Shown: positions 25,571-39,004 of the stretch, one piece after another
How positions within the stretch are numbered: the first letter of the stretch is position 1
Layout of the letters: each line of letters starts with the position of its first letter
From: Podarcis tiliguerta
Taxonomy: Eukaryota
Assembly (NCBI GenBank): GCA_965153285.1
Contig: OZ229115.1
DNA length: 64,000 nucleotides
Reading direction: 5' to 3' (one strand)
Program-made: the position numbers and the translations under genes
Notes under the pieces: generated by a model
What the model was told of the DNA's origin: nothing
What the model saw: only the letters and a program-made list of their open reading frames with translations
Databases searched by the model: none

Positions 25571-26039
25571 GCAATAAATTAAGCTTCTTCCCCATATGTG
25601 CCAAACAATATAACCATGCAGCAGTGGAATTACCTGCAGAGAAAATTAAGTACTGTTTGTGGTTTGAGGGCTAAAAAAATTGTATTATTAAGTCGCACAG
25701 TATTTGAGTAGCTCTTTTTTAATACATTTCCCAACTAGTCTTCAGTTTTCTCTGAATCTGTGAAAAACAGTCCATCCGTCCATCCCCCCCCCCCCGCAAA
25801 CCGCAGCTACGAATAGGATGCAGGCGGCAAAGACAGCTTCCCAATGTCCTTACAGCCCTTACCACCCTGAAGGCTAATGCAAATGAACAGCCCAGGCTAA
25901 TAGCAATCTGGTTCTTGTAAAGTTTTGATATTACTTTCCCCAAGACTTTTTTTTTAAGGAAGAAAGTAGAAAGACAACTGGTGGGGGGGGGGAATATTAT
26001 GAAGGTTTATGTGGTGCAGCAAGAATAGAGAGTTCTTTC

Positions 26040-26390
26040 TCTTTCGTAAGGCTAGAACCCAGGGCCAAAGAATGAAACAGATTAGCAGCAGAGGACAAAA
26101 GAAAGTGCTTCTTCCATATAATGCACCATTCTTGTACGGAACTCACTGCCAATAATCATGGCCACTTGCTTAAAGGGCTTCACAGTGGGATGAGACCCAC
26201 AGTGAGTTGTAGTGATAATAAGGTTTTAGCCATGGAACTGCCAGTTTTCCTTCAAAGGCCAATGCTATGGGGAAGGGCTGTTGCCTTCATGCTCTGTTGT
26301 GGACTTCCAAGAAACATGTAGCATGCCATTGTTGGAAAACAGATATTGGGCTAGATATACCAATGGTTCCAAGGCTTCTATTATACTCGT
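26040..26390 (+). mobile_element. Degenerate CR1-type LINE 3' fragment
   Basis: AGAACCCAGGGCCA..ATGAAA..AGGACAAAAGAAAGTGCTTCTTC..GGAACTCACTGCC..GGCTAGAT; related to the 9181-9622 element in the opposite orientation. Confidence 0.5.
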
Positions 26391-27217
26391 GTTTTATTAT
26401 TGTTCTCATGGTTGGATAGGGTCAGAGATTTAGGTTTGAATTCCAGTCTCCAGATCTCAGGGGCTTAAATGTGGAAGGCGCATGCTGCCATTGCTCACTG
26501 ACCTTGACCCTAACTCCATGCACTGGCTAGTGCCTACACCTGATTTTGTAACTTCTCCAGCCTCCTCTAGGCAGGACTTTGGGGGCAAAGGTCCAGGGCT
26601 CAACTTAGCAGAATGAACAGGAGGGCACCCAATGCACAGCAGAGCAAGCTTACCAGTAATATATATTACCTTCTAAACAGGCCCAGCCCCAAAATTAAAC
26701 CATTATATTCAGAGTCTAAAAATACCCAACTGCACCATTAGCTACCACTTCCTTCTCAGGGCTGCTATTTTACAAAGTGCTATGACTGCACAGGAGCATT
26801 TTCTACTTAACTGTCCATTCCCCCAGGTCTGGAAGGCTGTAACTAGAATGAAAGCTGTTGTTTCAGCAATGCAGCACCTCAGACTGGGAGCTGATACGGA
26901 GGCTCCAACCCCTTTCTGGGTTTCAGCCAGGTCCCAATCCAAACAAGAGTGTCCCTGCACTCCTCCCTGCCTCTGAGTAGCCCGACAGGCGGCTAGCAAG
27001 GCATTTTTGCAGCACCTCTTAAGTTCTCACTTGCCTCACCACCTCCTCTGCTCCTGCGGCCCTGAGGGAGATGGCGTGTGGCATCTGAGGGCCAGCCAGG
27101 AACCCAGCAGCTGGCGAGGGGACCTTAATTCAAGATCTGATGGCTGCTCAGAATTACTGGCAATGTGGAGATCTGCTGGAGGGTCCTGCTCCCCTGTCTC
27201 TCATCTGAGGAGGCTTG

Positions 27218-27412
27218 AGGAACATAGAGAGCTGCCTTATACTGAGTCAGACCATTGCTCCATCAAGGTCAGTATTGTCTCTACATTGACTGGCAATGGT
27301 TCCCCATAGTTTCAGACCAAGGAGCCTTTCCAGCCCTACCTGGAGATGCCAAGGATTGAACGCAGAACCTTCTCCATGCAAAACATGCTCTGCCACTGAG
27401 CTATGGCTTTTT
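27218..27412 (-). mobile_element. tRNA-derived SINE (Squam3-like)
   Basis: Minus strand: GCCATAGCTCAGTGGCAGAGCATG (A box), GTTCAATCC (B box), ending GGTCTGACTCAGTATAAGGCAGCTCTCTATGTTCCT. Confidence 0.85.
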
Positions 27413-27495
27413 CCCAGCTTTAAGCCTGGTCAAGGCTAAACCCTTGTTAGATCCTAAAACATCATTTCTTTTTAACAGCATTCATTGAAGTGTAG

Positions 27496-27723
27496 TAGTC
27501 GTACCTCGTTTTGTGGCCAGGATCCATTCGGGAGCCCCGGCAGCTAGCCAAAAAGGATGCAGGGCAAAGCGCCACGTCCGTGCACATGTGCGGAGCGGTT
27601 TGCGCTTCTGTGCATGCGTGAGTGGCAAACCCGGAAGTTACCTGTTCTGGTACTTCCAGGTTTGCCGGGGACGTTCGCCAGAATGGACGCTAGACAAGGT
27701 AGACGTTCGCGGAGGTATTACTG
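27496..27723. mobile_element. Tc1/mariner (Tigger-like) MITE, degenerate
   Basis: TAGTCGTACCTC / GAGGTATTACTG followed by TA; interior (CCGGAAGT..TACTTCC, GCATGCG) related to 3053-3304. Confidence 0.65.
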
Positions 27724-27929
27724 TAACTGGGAGAGAAGTGTCTCAGAAACTAATTTCTGTCCATTTCATATATAATTTCAGGGTCATTCCTCTCACATGC
27801 ATGCATAATTCAAGTTTGCCCTCTACATAAACCTATAATCTGAACATCTTCCATTTAGAACTCAGCCAGAGCCACTCACAGTGTTTCAGAAACATATTTG
27901 GCAATTTTAACATATATATTCCTGGAGAC

Positions 27930-28382
27930 AGATGAATCTGCCAATTTTGGTTTCTCTCACTTTCTCATTTTTCCAGTCCTAAGTTCAGTTCTCCACATCT
28001 CTGCATCAGTTTGCAATTTAAAAAAAAATAAAGGAAGTCCTCGTGAAAATTCATCAACATTTTAATGTGCCGTTTGCATAATAGACTCATTTTTGTATGC
28101 AGTTTTGCCTAATGTATACATTATTGCAAGCAATTTCCCCTTTTATAATGTATTTTTGTACATAATTTTTATGAATATATGCATTTATATGCACACTTTC
28201 CCCTAATAAACACAATTTTGAACTTTTGTTTGGTTGAAGAACTGCATCACAAAATTTGTAGAAATACAACTGTCTAAGGATGGCTGTGTTCTGGTTGGTG
28301 TTTTGTTTCAAGAACTGTGATATTAAAATGGGAACTAAACTCAATTTCATCTCCTTGTGGAAAAAAATCACCTATTCATCTC
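27930..28382 (+). mobile_element. AT-rich non-autonomous DNA transposon-like repeat (second copy)
   Basis: Co-linear similarity to 7429-7870. Confidence 0.7.
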
Positions 28383-29950
28383 TCTCAGTCCCAATGGCCT
28401 TAATTCGATCTCATCTGATTGGCTATATAGCATCATTGTCCTCTTGAGTATGTGTTCACTTATCATTTGGGATTACCCACAGGAATAATTCTGGCAAGAA
28501 AGGCAGTTAAGGAAAACATGGCACTGCATTAGCAGCTGCAACTGATGGAACCAGTGGCACCAAACTGGGATTGATAATATTCATGGAACCATAGTGCTTT
28601 TTAGGGGGGAATTTTACCTCTCCAAAATGGCTTTCCTCCCAAATGAAGACTGGAGACTAGTGCTACTTGCTTTTTGTTGTGGTAAACAGTGGATCTCCCA
28701 GCCTCTGGGAAGCTTTCTGCAGTGTAGGCTCAAACTAAAAGCCAAAAAGTTCTGGACAGAATTTAATACTAGAACCTGCTCAAACCGTAAAAATGAATCC
28801 TGGATGACGGAAAAAATGTTTAAAGGACAGCAAGTAGGAGTTAATGTACCTCAATAACATTTTTGTAGACTCATTACCTCTTTATTTACCCTTCAAGATA
28901 TTTGCTTCTGCTTTATAGCACAGTATGTATTGAGGAAAGACATAAACTGGGCAGGGAGATGCCAATGAAATGAGAAAATAGAAAGTTAATGGTGAAACCA
29001 GAGTAGGCTAAATGAATTTACTGATTATATGACCATATCCCATCAGTAAGACATGAATTACTATGTTTACAATCTTCAGGTTGTTGCCTGGATCTGCTAC
29101 CCTTCACTGTTTTCAATTTAAATGGCAGTGATTGTAAAAAGGAGAGAAAATAAACCAAATGTTCCCATTCCACTTATAAATTTTATGTTTATAATCTTGT
29201 AGCCATCCATGGAAACTACGCCTGTTATTCAAGGGCCTTCAACTCCCCAAGCAGAGCATAATTATTACTGATACATCTGGATGTTTCCCTTACCTTACTG
29301 TAGTCCCTTGAATTCTTTCCAGAATTGAAATATCCATTAATGGAAGGGGAGAGTCACTTGGAAGGATAGAAGGAGGAAATGGAAAAGAGGGGATTCTGTC
29401 TATTATCGCTTTGGGAAAGGCAGGTGTGTGTGCACAGCAGCATTTATAGCTTGCTTAGGGCCATAGTAGGCCCCACCTGGGTTACCTTAAAGCACCGGTC
29501 ATTCTGCTAGAGGAGTGCAAAAGGTTGCCTTGTTGTTTAAAGGGGCATTGCTTTAAAAATTGGACATCCAGGAGCTTCATTAGTAGAAACAATTTGTTCT
29601 TTCAACTGCCATAAATCTTACAGGCAGTAGATATGTGCAGTTGGAGGGCAATCTATAGATGCACAATGAGAGGAATTCAATATCACACTATTATGATCGT
29701 CCCATTAGTGCAAGCATTTCTGCTTGCCCCTCTCCTCCTCCTGTGTGCTGTTCTGGGCAGTTCTCTTGACCCCACAGAGCTGATTTGGGCACACAGGGGG
29801 AGGAGAAGAGGGAAGCCTTGTTGCACTAGCAGAATCCATTGCCACTGGCTCCTGCTGGCAAAACTGCTTAGTTGAATGTGGCCCCATAAGTCTGGTGTGA
29901 ACTTTGGCTTGAAAGTGGCATTTTTCTTGGAGATATAATGTTCAAAGCAT

Positions 29951-30285
29951 GCTGTTGTTTAGTCGTGTCCAGCTGTTCGTGACCCCATGGACCAGAGCAT
30001 GCCAGGGACTCCTGTCTTCCACTGCCTCCCACATGGTCAAACTCATGCTGGTAGCTTCAAGAACACTGTCCGACCATCTCGTCCTCTGTCGTCCCGTTCT
30101 CTTTCTGCCCTCCATCTTTCCCAACATCAGGGTCTTTTCCAGGATGTCTTCTCTTCTCATGAGGTGGCCAAAGTACTGGAGCCTCAGCTTCACGATCTGT
30201 CCTTCCAGTGACCACTCAGGGCTGATTTCCTTCAGAATGGATAGGTTTGATCTTCTTGCAGTCCACTCAAGAGTATCCTCCAGCA
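29951..30285 (-). mobile_element. BovB LINE, 5'-truncated 3' fragment
   Basis: Reverse complement matches the 3' end of the 14908-18128 element (KLRLQYFGHLMRRED..EKTLMLGK); perfect 11-bp TSD GTTCAAAGCAT at 29940-29950 and 30286-30296. Confidence 0.95.
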
Positions 30286-30765
30286 GTTCAAAGCATATTT
30301 AAGTATTTTGTGTGAAGTGCTGCTGGAACCTTTTGCCGGGGCCTCAACAGCAGCTGAGTAGAACAGTTCCTCTAAGACTGTGCAAGATATATCTGTACAG
30401 CACTAGGAAGGTTTTTTTTTTCTTTCAGGAGAGGAGGTAGGCAGTGCTGTTGGTGGGCCAATGCGTAATGCCCAATTCTTCCCAGACCAATGTTCTCCTA
30501 GAACTTCTTGGAAAAAAGAGGGCAGATGTTTGGATGGTTCTTCCCACCACAACAGAATTCCATAGCTGTAGTGGCATAATATTCTGCTTAATCTCTTGCA
30601 ATGTGCTGCATATGGAGCTTCCCAACAGTGCTCAGAATTTTTGACAGCCCAGAACCTCCTGATTTTAAGGTCAGAGAACCTGGGAGAAAAGTAGAGTCTT
30701 CTCCACTTCAGTCTAGCAACCTGTGAATCCTGCCTGAGTTTGGGGCTGCCTATACAATCAGCTGC

Positions 30766-30792
30766 TATTATTATTATTATTATTATTATTAT
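30766..30792. repeat. (TAT)n microsatellite
   Basis: Direct reading of the sequence; possibly a LINE tail. Confidence 0.95.
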
Positions 30793-30944
30793 TAGATTTA
30801 TTTTAAAAGTCTCAAAGTGACTTGAGAAGATAAAGTGCAACACACAAAAGTAATTTAGAGCCATATTTTTTTAAAAAAAGAAAACCACAACACAATGAAA
30901 AGTATAAAATATATATGATGCTCGACCAGTAACAAATTAATAAG

Positions 30945-31205
30945 AACAAGTCCTACCCACCCCACTAAAAGGTGAGTGCCACCATAGAAGGCATCTTAAT
31001 TACCAAAGTCCTGGGTAAACAAGGTCTTTGCCTGGCACCTAAAGATTGAGAAGGATAATGCCCTGCGAAGAGCATTCCACAAATTGGGGGAGTTGACCAC
31101 AGAAAAGATCTGCTCTTGTGTGTGGCCATCCTTTTCACCTCCCTTGGGCGGGACACATGGAAAAGGGCCTCTGATGAAGACCACAGGGTCAGGGCTGGTT
31201 CATAA
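30945..31205 (-). mobile_element. Degenerate L2 LINE 3' fragment
   Basis: Minus-strand FSVVNSPNLWNALRRALSFSIFRCQAKTLF resembles the L2 C-terminus (FSVxAPxLWNxLP..FRRxxKTxLF). Confidence 0.55.
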
Positions 31206-32294
31206 AAGAAGGTCCATGGTCTGGCTGCTGCTGATCTCAGTTGCAACACTTACCTGTCAGTGATCCACACTACTGTTTCAGCTCCCAGATATTTCACATG
31301 TTACTCTTGCCTGTGTTGACCATTCGGATGTGCCAGCAACCTCAAGCCCAAAGCCCTTATGTAGCCTTGTGTACATCAACCATTGGGGTAGAACAGGACA
31401 TTGCTCCTATCCACAATCCATAGGTTTTTGCACCATGGCAGCAAAATGTGCTGTGTAGATTGGATTTTCAAAGATTTATGATCATGTGCAGCACTGTAGC
31501 TAGGAAACCACTATTCATTATCACAGACAGGGATGCAGGTTACAGAAGAAAATCTTTGAGTAGGTCTTGCTGTCCTAAATACTACTAAAACTCTGAAAAT
31601 GATGCCTTGGGTTTTTATAAGCCTGGAGCTGAGGGGAAAGCAACTCCAGTCTCAGATTTATTTATTTTTAAAAACCCCATATTAAGGTACTAAAGACACT
31701 TAACTCTCTTAAACAGTTTAAGTCCTAGAGTTTATTTATTTTCTGCTCCTCATGATCATGTTGCTAAAACAAATCTTGGGCAGAATGTTCTGGTTTGGGG
31801 CCTTATATATTTGGGTTCTAACTCCTATTAAAATGGATTGATGTGATGTCCTTGTTCATATCAATGGATCAATGCGGTGTGGATTTCATGGGAGCCGACT
31901 CTGACTCTTCCCCGGTGTATTAAATGTATAAACAAAGAGTTTGGTATAGAGCACCGCTGCTGCCTTGGGTTCCACAGAACGAGACTTAAAAGTAGTTCAA
32001 GCAATACATTTATAGAACCCTTCGATAAATGTGCAAACATTTGACCTTCACAGAATATTTCCCTTGTTTGAACTCTGTAAAACTTGAAGGCCTACCCACA
32101 TTCATCAACAGAGGTTAGGTATCAAATATGTGGACCTTTTCAGGGGATCAAACAGCACGCTAGTTGTGCAGAACCTAAACATCTTCAGTTAAGATTGTAC
32201 CTATATTTATTATTGTGGTTTTTTCCAGGATCCAAACTGCAATATTTTATTGTTGGGAAATGTGATTCTTCTTCCAGACAGTGTATATGTCTGC

Positions 32295-32429
32295 NNNNNN
32301 NNNNNNNNNNNNNNNNNNNNNNNNNNNNNNNNNNNNNNNNNNNNNNNNNNNNNNNNNNNNNNNNNNNNNNNNNNNNNNNNNNNNNNNNNNNNNNNNNNNN
32401 NNNNNNNNNNNNNNNNNNNNNNNNNNNNN
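32295..32429. other. Assembly gap (N run)
   Basis: 135 N bases. Confidence 1.
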
Positions 32430-32723
32430 GTCTCACAAAACAACAACTGCTGGCTTGTTCCATCCCCCACCCAATGCCCTGTGAGGAGAAAGTAGAGGGC
32501 AAGGCAGGCAGGCACAGAGAACATCAGGCCTGCTCCAACTCCCAACAGGGCCAGCGGACACCATCTGCCCTGTGAAGAGGAGGAGGATTGTGAGGGAGGG
32601 AGGCCTAGACAACCACAGGGCCCTGCTCCAGTCAGCTTGTCCCCTTCCCTTCCTCCAGCGAACTTTAAATGTTACTTCATTGGTCCTTTAACATTGTAAA
32701 CTGCCCTTGGCAGAAAGTTGGTA

Positions 32724-32964
32724 CAGTGGTACCTCGGTTCTCGAACGTCTCCATTGACAAACTTTTCGGAACCCAAACACCGAAAACACGGAAGTAAATG
32801 CTTCCGTTTTCAAACGTGCCTCAGAAGTCGAATGGCTTCTGCTGCATGTATTTCGATTTTCTCAACTGAATTTGCAGGCAGCTCTTTGTGCCTCAGTTTT
32901 TGAACGTTTCAGAACTCAAACGGTCTACCAGAACGGATTACATTCAAGAACCAAGGTACCACTG
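32724..32964. mobile_element. Tc1/mariner (Tigger-like) MITE
   Basis: TIR CAGTGGTACCTCGGTTCTCGAA / TTCAAGAACCAAGGTACCACTG; TA TSD. Confidence 0.9.
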
Positions 32965-33017
32965 TATATAAACACAATGGATAAACAAGAAAGCAAACAA
33001 ACAAACTGCAACACTAA

Positions 33018-33166
33018 GGGGTCCTCACTCAGTGGGAGAGCATCTGTTTTGCTTGCAGGATGTCCCAGTTGCACCAGGAGAGAACCCTGTCTGAAATCCC
33101 GAAGAGCCACTGAGCTTGATGGACCAATGGCCTTTGACTCAGTATAAGGCAGCTTCCTATGTTCCT
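33018..33166 (+). mobile_element. tRNA-derived SINE (Squam3-like), internally deleted
   Basis: CTCAGTGGGAGAGCATCTG..GATGGACCAATGGCCTTTGACTCAGTATAAGGCAGCTTCCTATGTTCCT; homologous to 27218-27412. Confidence 0.8.
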
Positions 33167-35979
33167 AGTCATTGGATCTTGCATGATACAGCTAGTAGCA
33201 AAATACATGACTTCCCCCATCTTGTTTACACCAAGTGGTTGTTGGTTTAAGGGGGAAATAGGTATATATAAAAACATATATGTGCCAATATCCAAGCTTG
33301 GGACAAGTACTCTTTGGTTAGAGAACCCCAGCGGAGACTTCAAATCACAAAACATGCAGCAAGGTAAAGTGTGGAAATATAGGCTGTAAAACCTTAAAAG
33401 GTGCCCTTTAAAGTGAGTTCTAAAATGTTCCTCTTCCCTCAGGAAAAAGACTAATTGGTAAATTAACAATGGGTTACTTACAAACTCTCCATAGGTCAGG
33501 TTCATGTGCTTTTCCATACAGCATCCAGAAAAAGTAGCACAGGCAGTAAAACGTGGCTTAGGTGTAATCTACACACATATAATAAAAAAAAATTGTGAAA
33601 ATGCTTTTTAAAAAAACGTTTTGAAAAAATGTTGAATTTGCCATAGCTCACAATCGTTATCTAGTGTCACATTTATATAATGGACTTTACCACACACTTA
33701 AAATGTTTTATTTCCAGCTGTATAGCTTCGTCTCAATGGTGAAAATTCCTAATTATTGGTATAGGAACTCAGAGTGACTGCAGGAGCCACGTGGTCTAAG
33801 CTACAGAAACCATCTCAGACCTCCTCACCCTGAGTTCATCAGGTATATTGAAGGAGGACAGTAGGCTTGATTGCCTAGTTCATGTCAAGCTAAGGGAAGT
33901 GACTTAGTCTAAGCCTGGCAGGACAGCTTACTCTATGGTATTAACCTTTTCATGCAGTAACTGACTCAGGTGGTAGATGCTGGGAGCTGCTCCTTCTAAG
34001 CCTTTTTCACAGCCTGAATTGCCACTGCCAAAAGGAAAATTGGACTTCTGGCTCAGGACATCATCCCATTCCAAGCACTGAAGGTGGCTCCTGTAATACA
34101 TGGAATGGGGAAGGCTTACTATATTTTCGGGTCAGTTCTGGTCTGGTCTAGCTGAACTCCTCATCTTCTTATGAAGTTCACATTCCTCAGCAGTGGAAAG
34201 GGGGAATTACACTGGACGCTATATGGGTGTCCACCAGCATCTAATCTGCACTCACAGTTCCAATCCAGCCAAGGGAATCCACTCATGGATTTGCTGGATT
34301 TGGAGAGATACTAGCCAAGGGTTTCTTGTTAAATTCACACCTGTTCACAACTAACTAAAATGGAAGGAGTTATTTCATCAATAGCCCATTGGCTTCTGTA
34401 AAATAGAACCTAGCACAACCTTTTGTTACCGTTTCATTACCTGCAATCCATCTGTACTCTTTCAAAGAGTAAAGCTAGTCCTGCATTTCACAGATATAAG
34501 TCATCTAAGGGCTTACTTTCCCCCACCCACACAGCTGCAGCTTAGAACATACTTTCAGGAGTGTTCTGTTTGCAAGACCAACACTTAAGTATTAAGTGCC
34601 TGATATATTTCTGTGGAACCATTATTTGCTTCCAGATAGAAGGGGAAATGGTATTGCTATGATCATAGTAGTTACTTTAAAAGTGACAGAGTGGAGGGAT
34701 AAGTGAGACAAATTAAATGGTGAGAGATAGCTTTCTGAGAAGCAGTTCACTACATTTGGTCATGCAGTTAAGTATAAGGCTTTTAGCCCCTAATCACGGA
34801 GCAGCAGCTGAACCAAAAGAATCAGATTTAATACATCAGGTCAGATATAAACCACAGTTCCAAAGTCACCCAGCAAATACAAGCCTTCTCCCGATGTGGA
34901 TTAACTTTCCCCCCTATCTATACGCCTAGAGCGAATGGAGAACCATCACAAGAGCTTGCCTTTCAAATACTGTTTAAATTCTCATCATATTCCATGTAAG
35001 AAAACCATCAGGTATTAGAAGTGTTAAATCAACTTCTACTTGTCATCTTCTTTTAGGGTTGCCAATCATATTTCTGGCAGGGCACGGATGCCTTTTAACA
35101 GCTTCTTGGAAGACCCTTTTCCTCTCTTGTGGTGACAAACTGAGAGGGAAAGCATTACCTACAATATTTTGGCCTTTCAAACAACCATTGAAGTCACAGG
35201 AGCTCTGCAATGAAAGGGTTTTTTAAGGCCAACACTATCTACTTCTCTGCTGATCTCCTCAAGTATTTGGGGTCCATATTTCTTGGACTCTGTGCTCTTG
35301 CACAGTCACTATGGTCTACTCCATCCTTCCCCAACTTTGTGCCAGGCAGATGTTTTGGACTCCAGTTCCCAGCTTCCTTGACCATTCGCTATGCTGGTTG
35401 GGGTGATGGGCATTGGCGTCCATATATCAGGAGAACATAAGGTTGAAGAAGACCATCTAAATAGAAACATCTAGTGCAGCGCAGAGGTATTCCTGATGGG
35501 TCAGGCCCAGTGTAAGCACATGGCACATTCAGGCAAACCCATGGGCCTAAAAAGCCCTATTGTAGCTTTCACTGGCATCCTTCATTTAAAGAAATAAGGA
35601 AATATTTCAGGACCACCCCTGAGAAGAGTTTTGGTAAGTGATGTCACTGCCCCTGCTGACATCTTTATTATCCCAATGTCTCAGTGCCCCACCCCCCAAA
35701 GTATACTACATCAGGACACTGTCATAGTCCAAAACATCTGGAGGGCACCAGGTTCAGGAATGCTGGCATACAGGAGTGCAGCCTTAGCACTGTTTCTATG
35801 GAGAAGTCATTACTTAAGTATCTCCGCAGATATATACTTTGCAACAGTGTCCAGGTGTCTTCCATAATCACAATCCATGTCAGGAAAGGAAGTTTTACTC
35901 TTTGCAGATCTCTTTGCATGCTATACATTCCTTAGGGCCATTATTATTCCACAAAAAGTAAAATGCCCTAAATAGTGTA

Positions 35980-36205
35980 CAGTGGCACCTCGGGTTACAT
36001 ACGCTTCAGGTTACAGACTCCGCTAACCCAGAAATAGTACCTCGGGTTAAGAACTTTGCTTCAGGATGAGAACAGAAATCGTGCTCCGGTGGCACAGCAG
36101 GAGTGGGAGGCCCCATTAGCTAATGTGGTGCTTCAGGTTAAGAACAGTTTCAGGTTAAGAACAGACCTCCAGAATGAATTAAGTTCTTAACCTGGGGTAC
36201 CACTG
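35980..36205 (-). mobile_element. Tc1/mariner (Tigger/pogo-like) MITE, family A
   Basis: Reverse complement of the 22304-22511 family; TA TSD on both sides. Confidence 0.92.
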
Positions 36206-36677
36206 TATTGAACTTTAACCCTTAATCATTTAAACAATAGCAAAGCAGTTGAGGCCCATCACTGAGAAGAGAAGCAGTGGGTGACATCTCGATGTGCCTC
36301 AGTGCATTCTGCGGAGGAAGATGGCGGAGGCAGCTCCAAAGTACCCAGAACTTCTGTTCACAGCACTGCGATGAAGAAGCCCATCACTACTGTTCTATCA
36401 CCACCACCCTTCCCCATCTGTCCCTACAACTGCTGCTCACCCTTCTGCCCCTGGCCTGCTTGCTATGCCCACTAAGGTAGCATGGTGTATGTGTGTGTGT
36501 GTGGGAGGGAGTGCTTCACCAGGGTGGCAGAGGGCACCTTGCCTCAAGCTTGGTGCTGGGCATGTGATGCCTGCTCTACCATATTCCCTCTGCCCAGTAC
36601 ACAATACAAGTTAAAACCAAGGAGTTTGGGGGAGCAGCTATTACAAAGCATTTACAGAACGCATGCCCCAGACTCAC

Positions 36678-36714
<37 letters not shown>
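36678..36714. repeat. Compound (TG)n(AG)n microsatellite
   Basis: Direct reading of the sequence. Confidence 0.95.
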
Positions 36715-36718
<4 letters not shown>

Positions 36719-37296
36719 CTGTTTTCTAGGGGCTAAATTCTCTGGGGAAAACTGTAATCTTGTTTTTCTTAAACAACTCCACAATTATATTTTTCTTTGA
36801 GACATCCACTTCAAACCAATGCTAAGAGTTCCAATTAAAAGAGTGGTTTGTGAGTGAGTTGTGCTTCTGGGCTGGTGTTACCACATAGTGAAACTTATTA
36901 GCAGTTTCATATAAAGTGAGAAATGATATGCAGGAAGGTGACAGAAGCCTTTGGTGTTGAATAAACTGCACTTAGTTTACAATGGCTCCCGTCAACTCAC
37001 ATGTGAAGATCTCCTGTGCTTGAACAAGCGGCTGTGCTGCTGGCTAATGGAAGAGAGAGTGGCAGTGGGTGGGCTCCAGAGTCAGTTCCCTCCCCGCGTA
37101 ATGGTTGTTCAGCACTATCAGAGGTGATAGCACCACCTGACCATTTCTGACCCTTAGAAGACGCATCCAAGCATGTGGGAAATAACACAAAAAGAATTTT
37201 AGTGTACCATGCAGTATAAAACACAGGAATGTGACTTATATTGTAAGTTGCTTTGGGTTTACTTTTTGTTTTTAAAAAGTGACTAATAAATAGAAA

Positions 37297-37334
37297 AGAA
37301 GAAGGAGGAGGAGGAGGAGGAGGAGGAGGAGGAG
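37297..37334. repeat. (GAA)/(GGA)n trinucleotide repeat
   Basis: Direct reading of the sequence. Confidence 0.95.
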
Positions 37335-37784
37335 AGAACCTGTGGCTCTTCAGAGGTTGATAGTCTATAGCTCTCCTCACCCCTAACTGCAGCAACCCTG
37401 CCCAGTATATAAAAAAATTAAACTCTGCCAGTTCTTTAAATCAGAGGCTATATGTTTTAAAGTTGAGTCATGGTTCAGCTTGAATATTTTTCTTTTCAAT
37501 TTTTAGGCTGCTGTAACCCTAAATAACTTTAAAATGTTGAACATATTTTGATACCTGTCAGCCATTGATGCTCTAATTGAATTCTAGGAATAATAACATT
37601 TCAGAAAAGTGATTCTGATTTATCATAATTTATATGCAGTCCAGGGACCACACCAAGAGAGTCAATGCTGTTATTAACTTGTGACAAGGAGACTCCAGGC
37701 TTCGACTGATATTTTAAATGAAATCCAAAGACAAATAAGGGGTGTATATGAATCCACTGCTTGCTACAAGGATCTTCCATATTA

Positions 37785-38381
37785 CAGTCTGCCTGCGGAC
37801 TGTCTCGCCAGAGTGGTGCATGCTCTGGTTATCTCCCACTTGGACTACTGCAATCACTCTACGTGGGGCTACCTTTGAAGGTGACTCGGAAACTACAACT
37901 AATCCAGAATGTGGCAGCTAGACTGGTGACTGGGGGCGGCCGCCAAGACCATATAACACTGGTCTTGAAAGACCTACATTGGCTCCCAGTACGTTTCCGA
38001 GCACAATTCAAAGTGTTGGTGCTGACCTTTAAAGCCCTAAACGGCCTCGGTTCAGTATACCTGAAGGAGCGTCTCCACCCCCATCGTTCTGCCCGGACGC
38101 TAAGGTCCAGCGCCGAGGGCCTTCTGGCGGTTCCCTCATTGTGAGAAGCAAAGCTACAGGGAACCAGACAGAGGGCCTGCTCGGTAGTGGCGCCCACCCT
38201 GTGGAACGCCCTTCCAGCAGATGTCAAAGCGATAAACAACTACCTGACATTCAGAAGACATCTTAAGGCAGCCCTGTTCAGGGAAGTTTTTAACGTGTGA
38301 TATTTTACTGTATTTTTGGTTTCTATGGAAGCCGCCCAGAGTGGCTGGGGAGGCCCAGCCAGATGGGCGGGGTATAAATAA

Positions 38382-38417
<36 letters not shown>
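37785..38417 (+). mobile_element. L2-clade LINE 3' fragment
   Basis: VVHALVISHLDYCN / LYVGLPLKVTRKLQLIQNVAARLV..DHITLVLKDLHWLPVRFRAQFKVLVLTFKALNGLG is a typical L2 ORF2 C-terminus; 3' UTR GCCGCCCAGAGTGGCTGGGG..GGGCGGGGTATAAAT followed by a (TAT)n tail. Confidence 0.92.
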
Positions 38418-38419
<2 letters not shown>

Positions 38420-38645
38420 ACAGAAACCTTGTTTGGACTGGAGATATGTGAAAGCCCCTCAAGAACATCCTCTCATTGTCTTGGCACTGTTTTTGCTTTT
38501 GTAGACATTCATCAGTCATTTTCTTTGAAAAGAAACCACCCAAGACTGTTTTGTCACTTTAATGAAATCTCAGCAGGGACTCACACCGTATGCAGAGCAT
38601 CATGCTATGGCTACAAGTGCTGCGTGGTCTGGGGAGGGAGATGGT

Positions 38646-39004
38646 CAGCCTCTCCCACCATGGTGCTCTCCAGATGTTTTCAGCTGCAACTCCCACCAGC
38701 CCCAGTAGCATCACTATACTTTAAAACATCTAGAGCAGGGGACAGCAACCTGCGGTCCATGGGGTTGTTTAAACGGCCCACAAGCTGCCGCTGCCCCCCG
38801 AACTGAGCCACCCACCTGGCGAGTCCCCGCGCACTGCGCTTAAATGGCGCAGCATGGAGCGGGGACTCGCTTCCACGGCACCAGAAAGCGCATCTGTGCA
38901 GACGTGATCCGGCCCACGGAGCAATCTCCACGGGAGTGAACTGGCCCAGGCCAGGTAAACCTTGCCGACCCCTGATCTAGAGGGCACCAGGTTGGGGAAG
39001 GCTG
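38646..39004. mobile_element. Palindromic hAT MITE (host of the 38736-38974 insertion)
   Basis: TIR CAGCCTCTCCCACCATGGTGCTCTCCAGATG / CATCTAGAGGGCACCAGGTTGGGGAAGGCTG once the nested element is removed. Confidence 0.8.
38736..38974. mobile_element. CpG-rich hAT (Charlie-type) MITE, nested
   Basis: TIR CAGGGGACAGCAA / TTGCCGACCCCTG; perfect 8-bp TSD ATCTAGAG (38728-38735, 38975-38982). Confidence 0.9.

Noticed and set aside
32084-32575. ORFs spanning the N gaps (also 4055-4424)
   Set aside because: Artefacts of reading through N runs.
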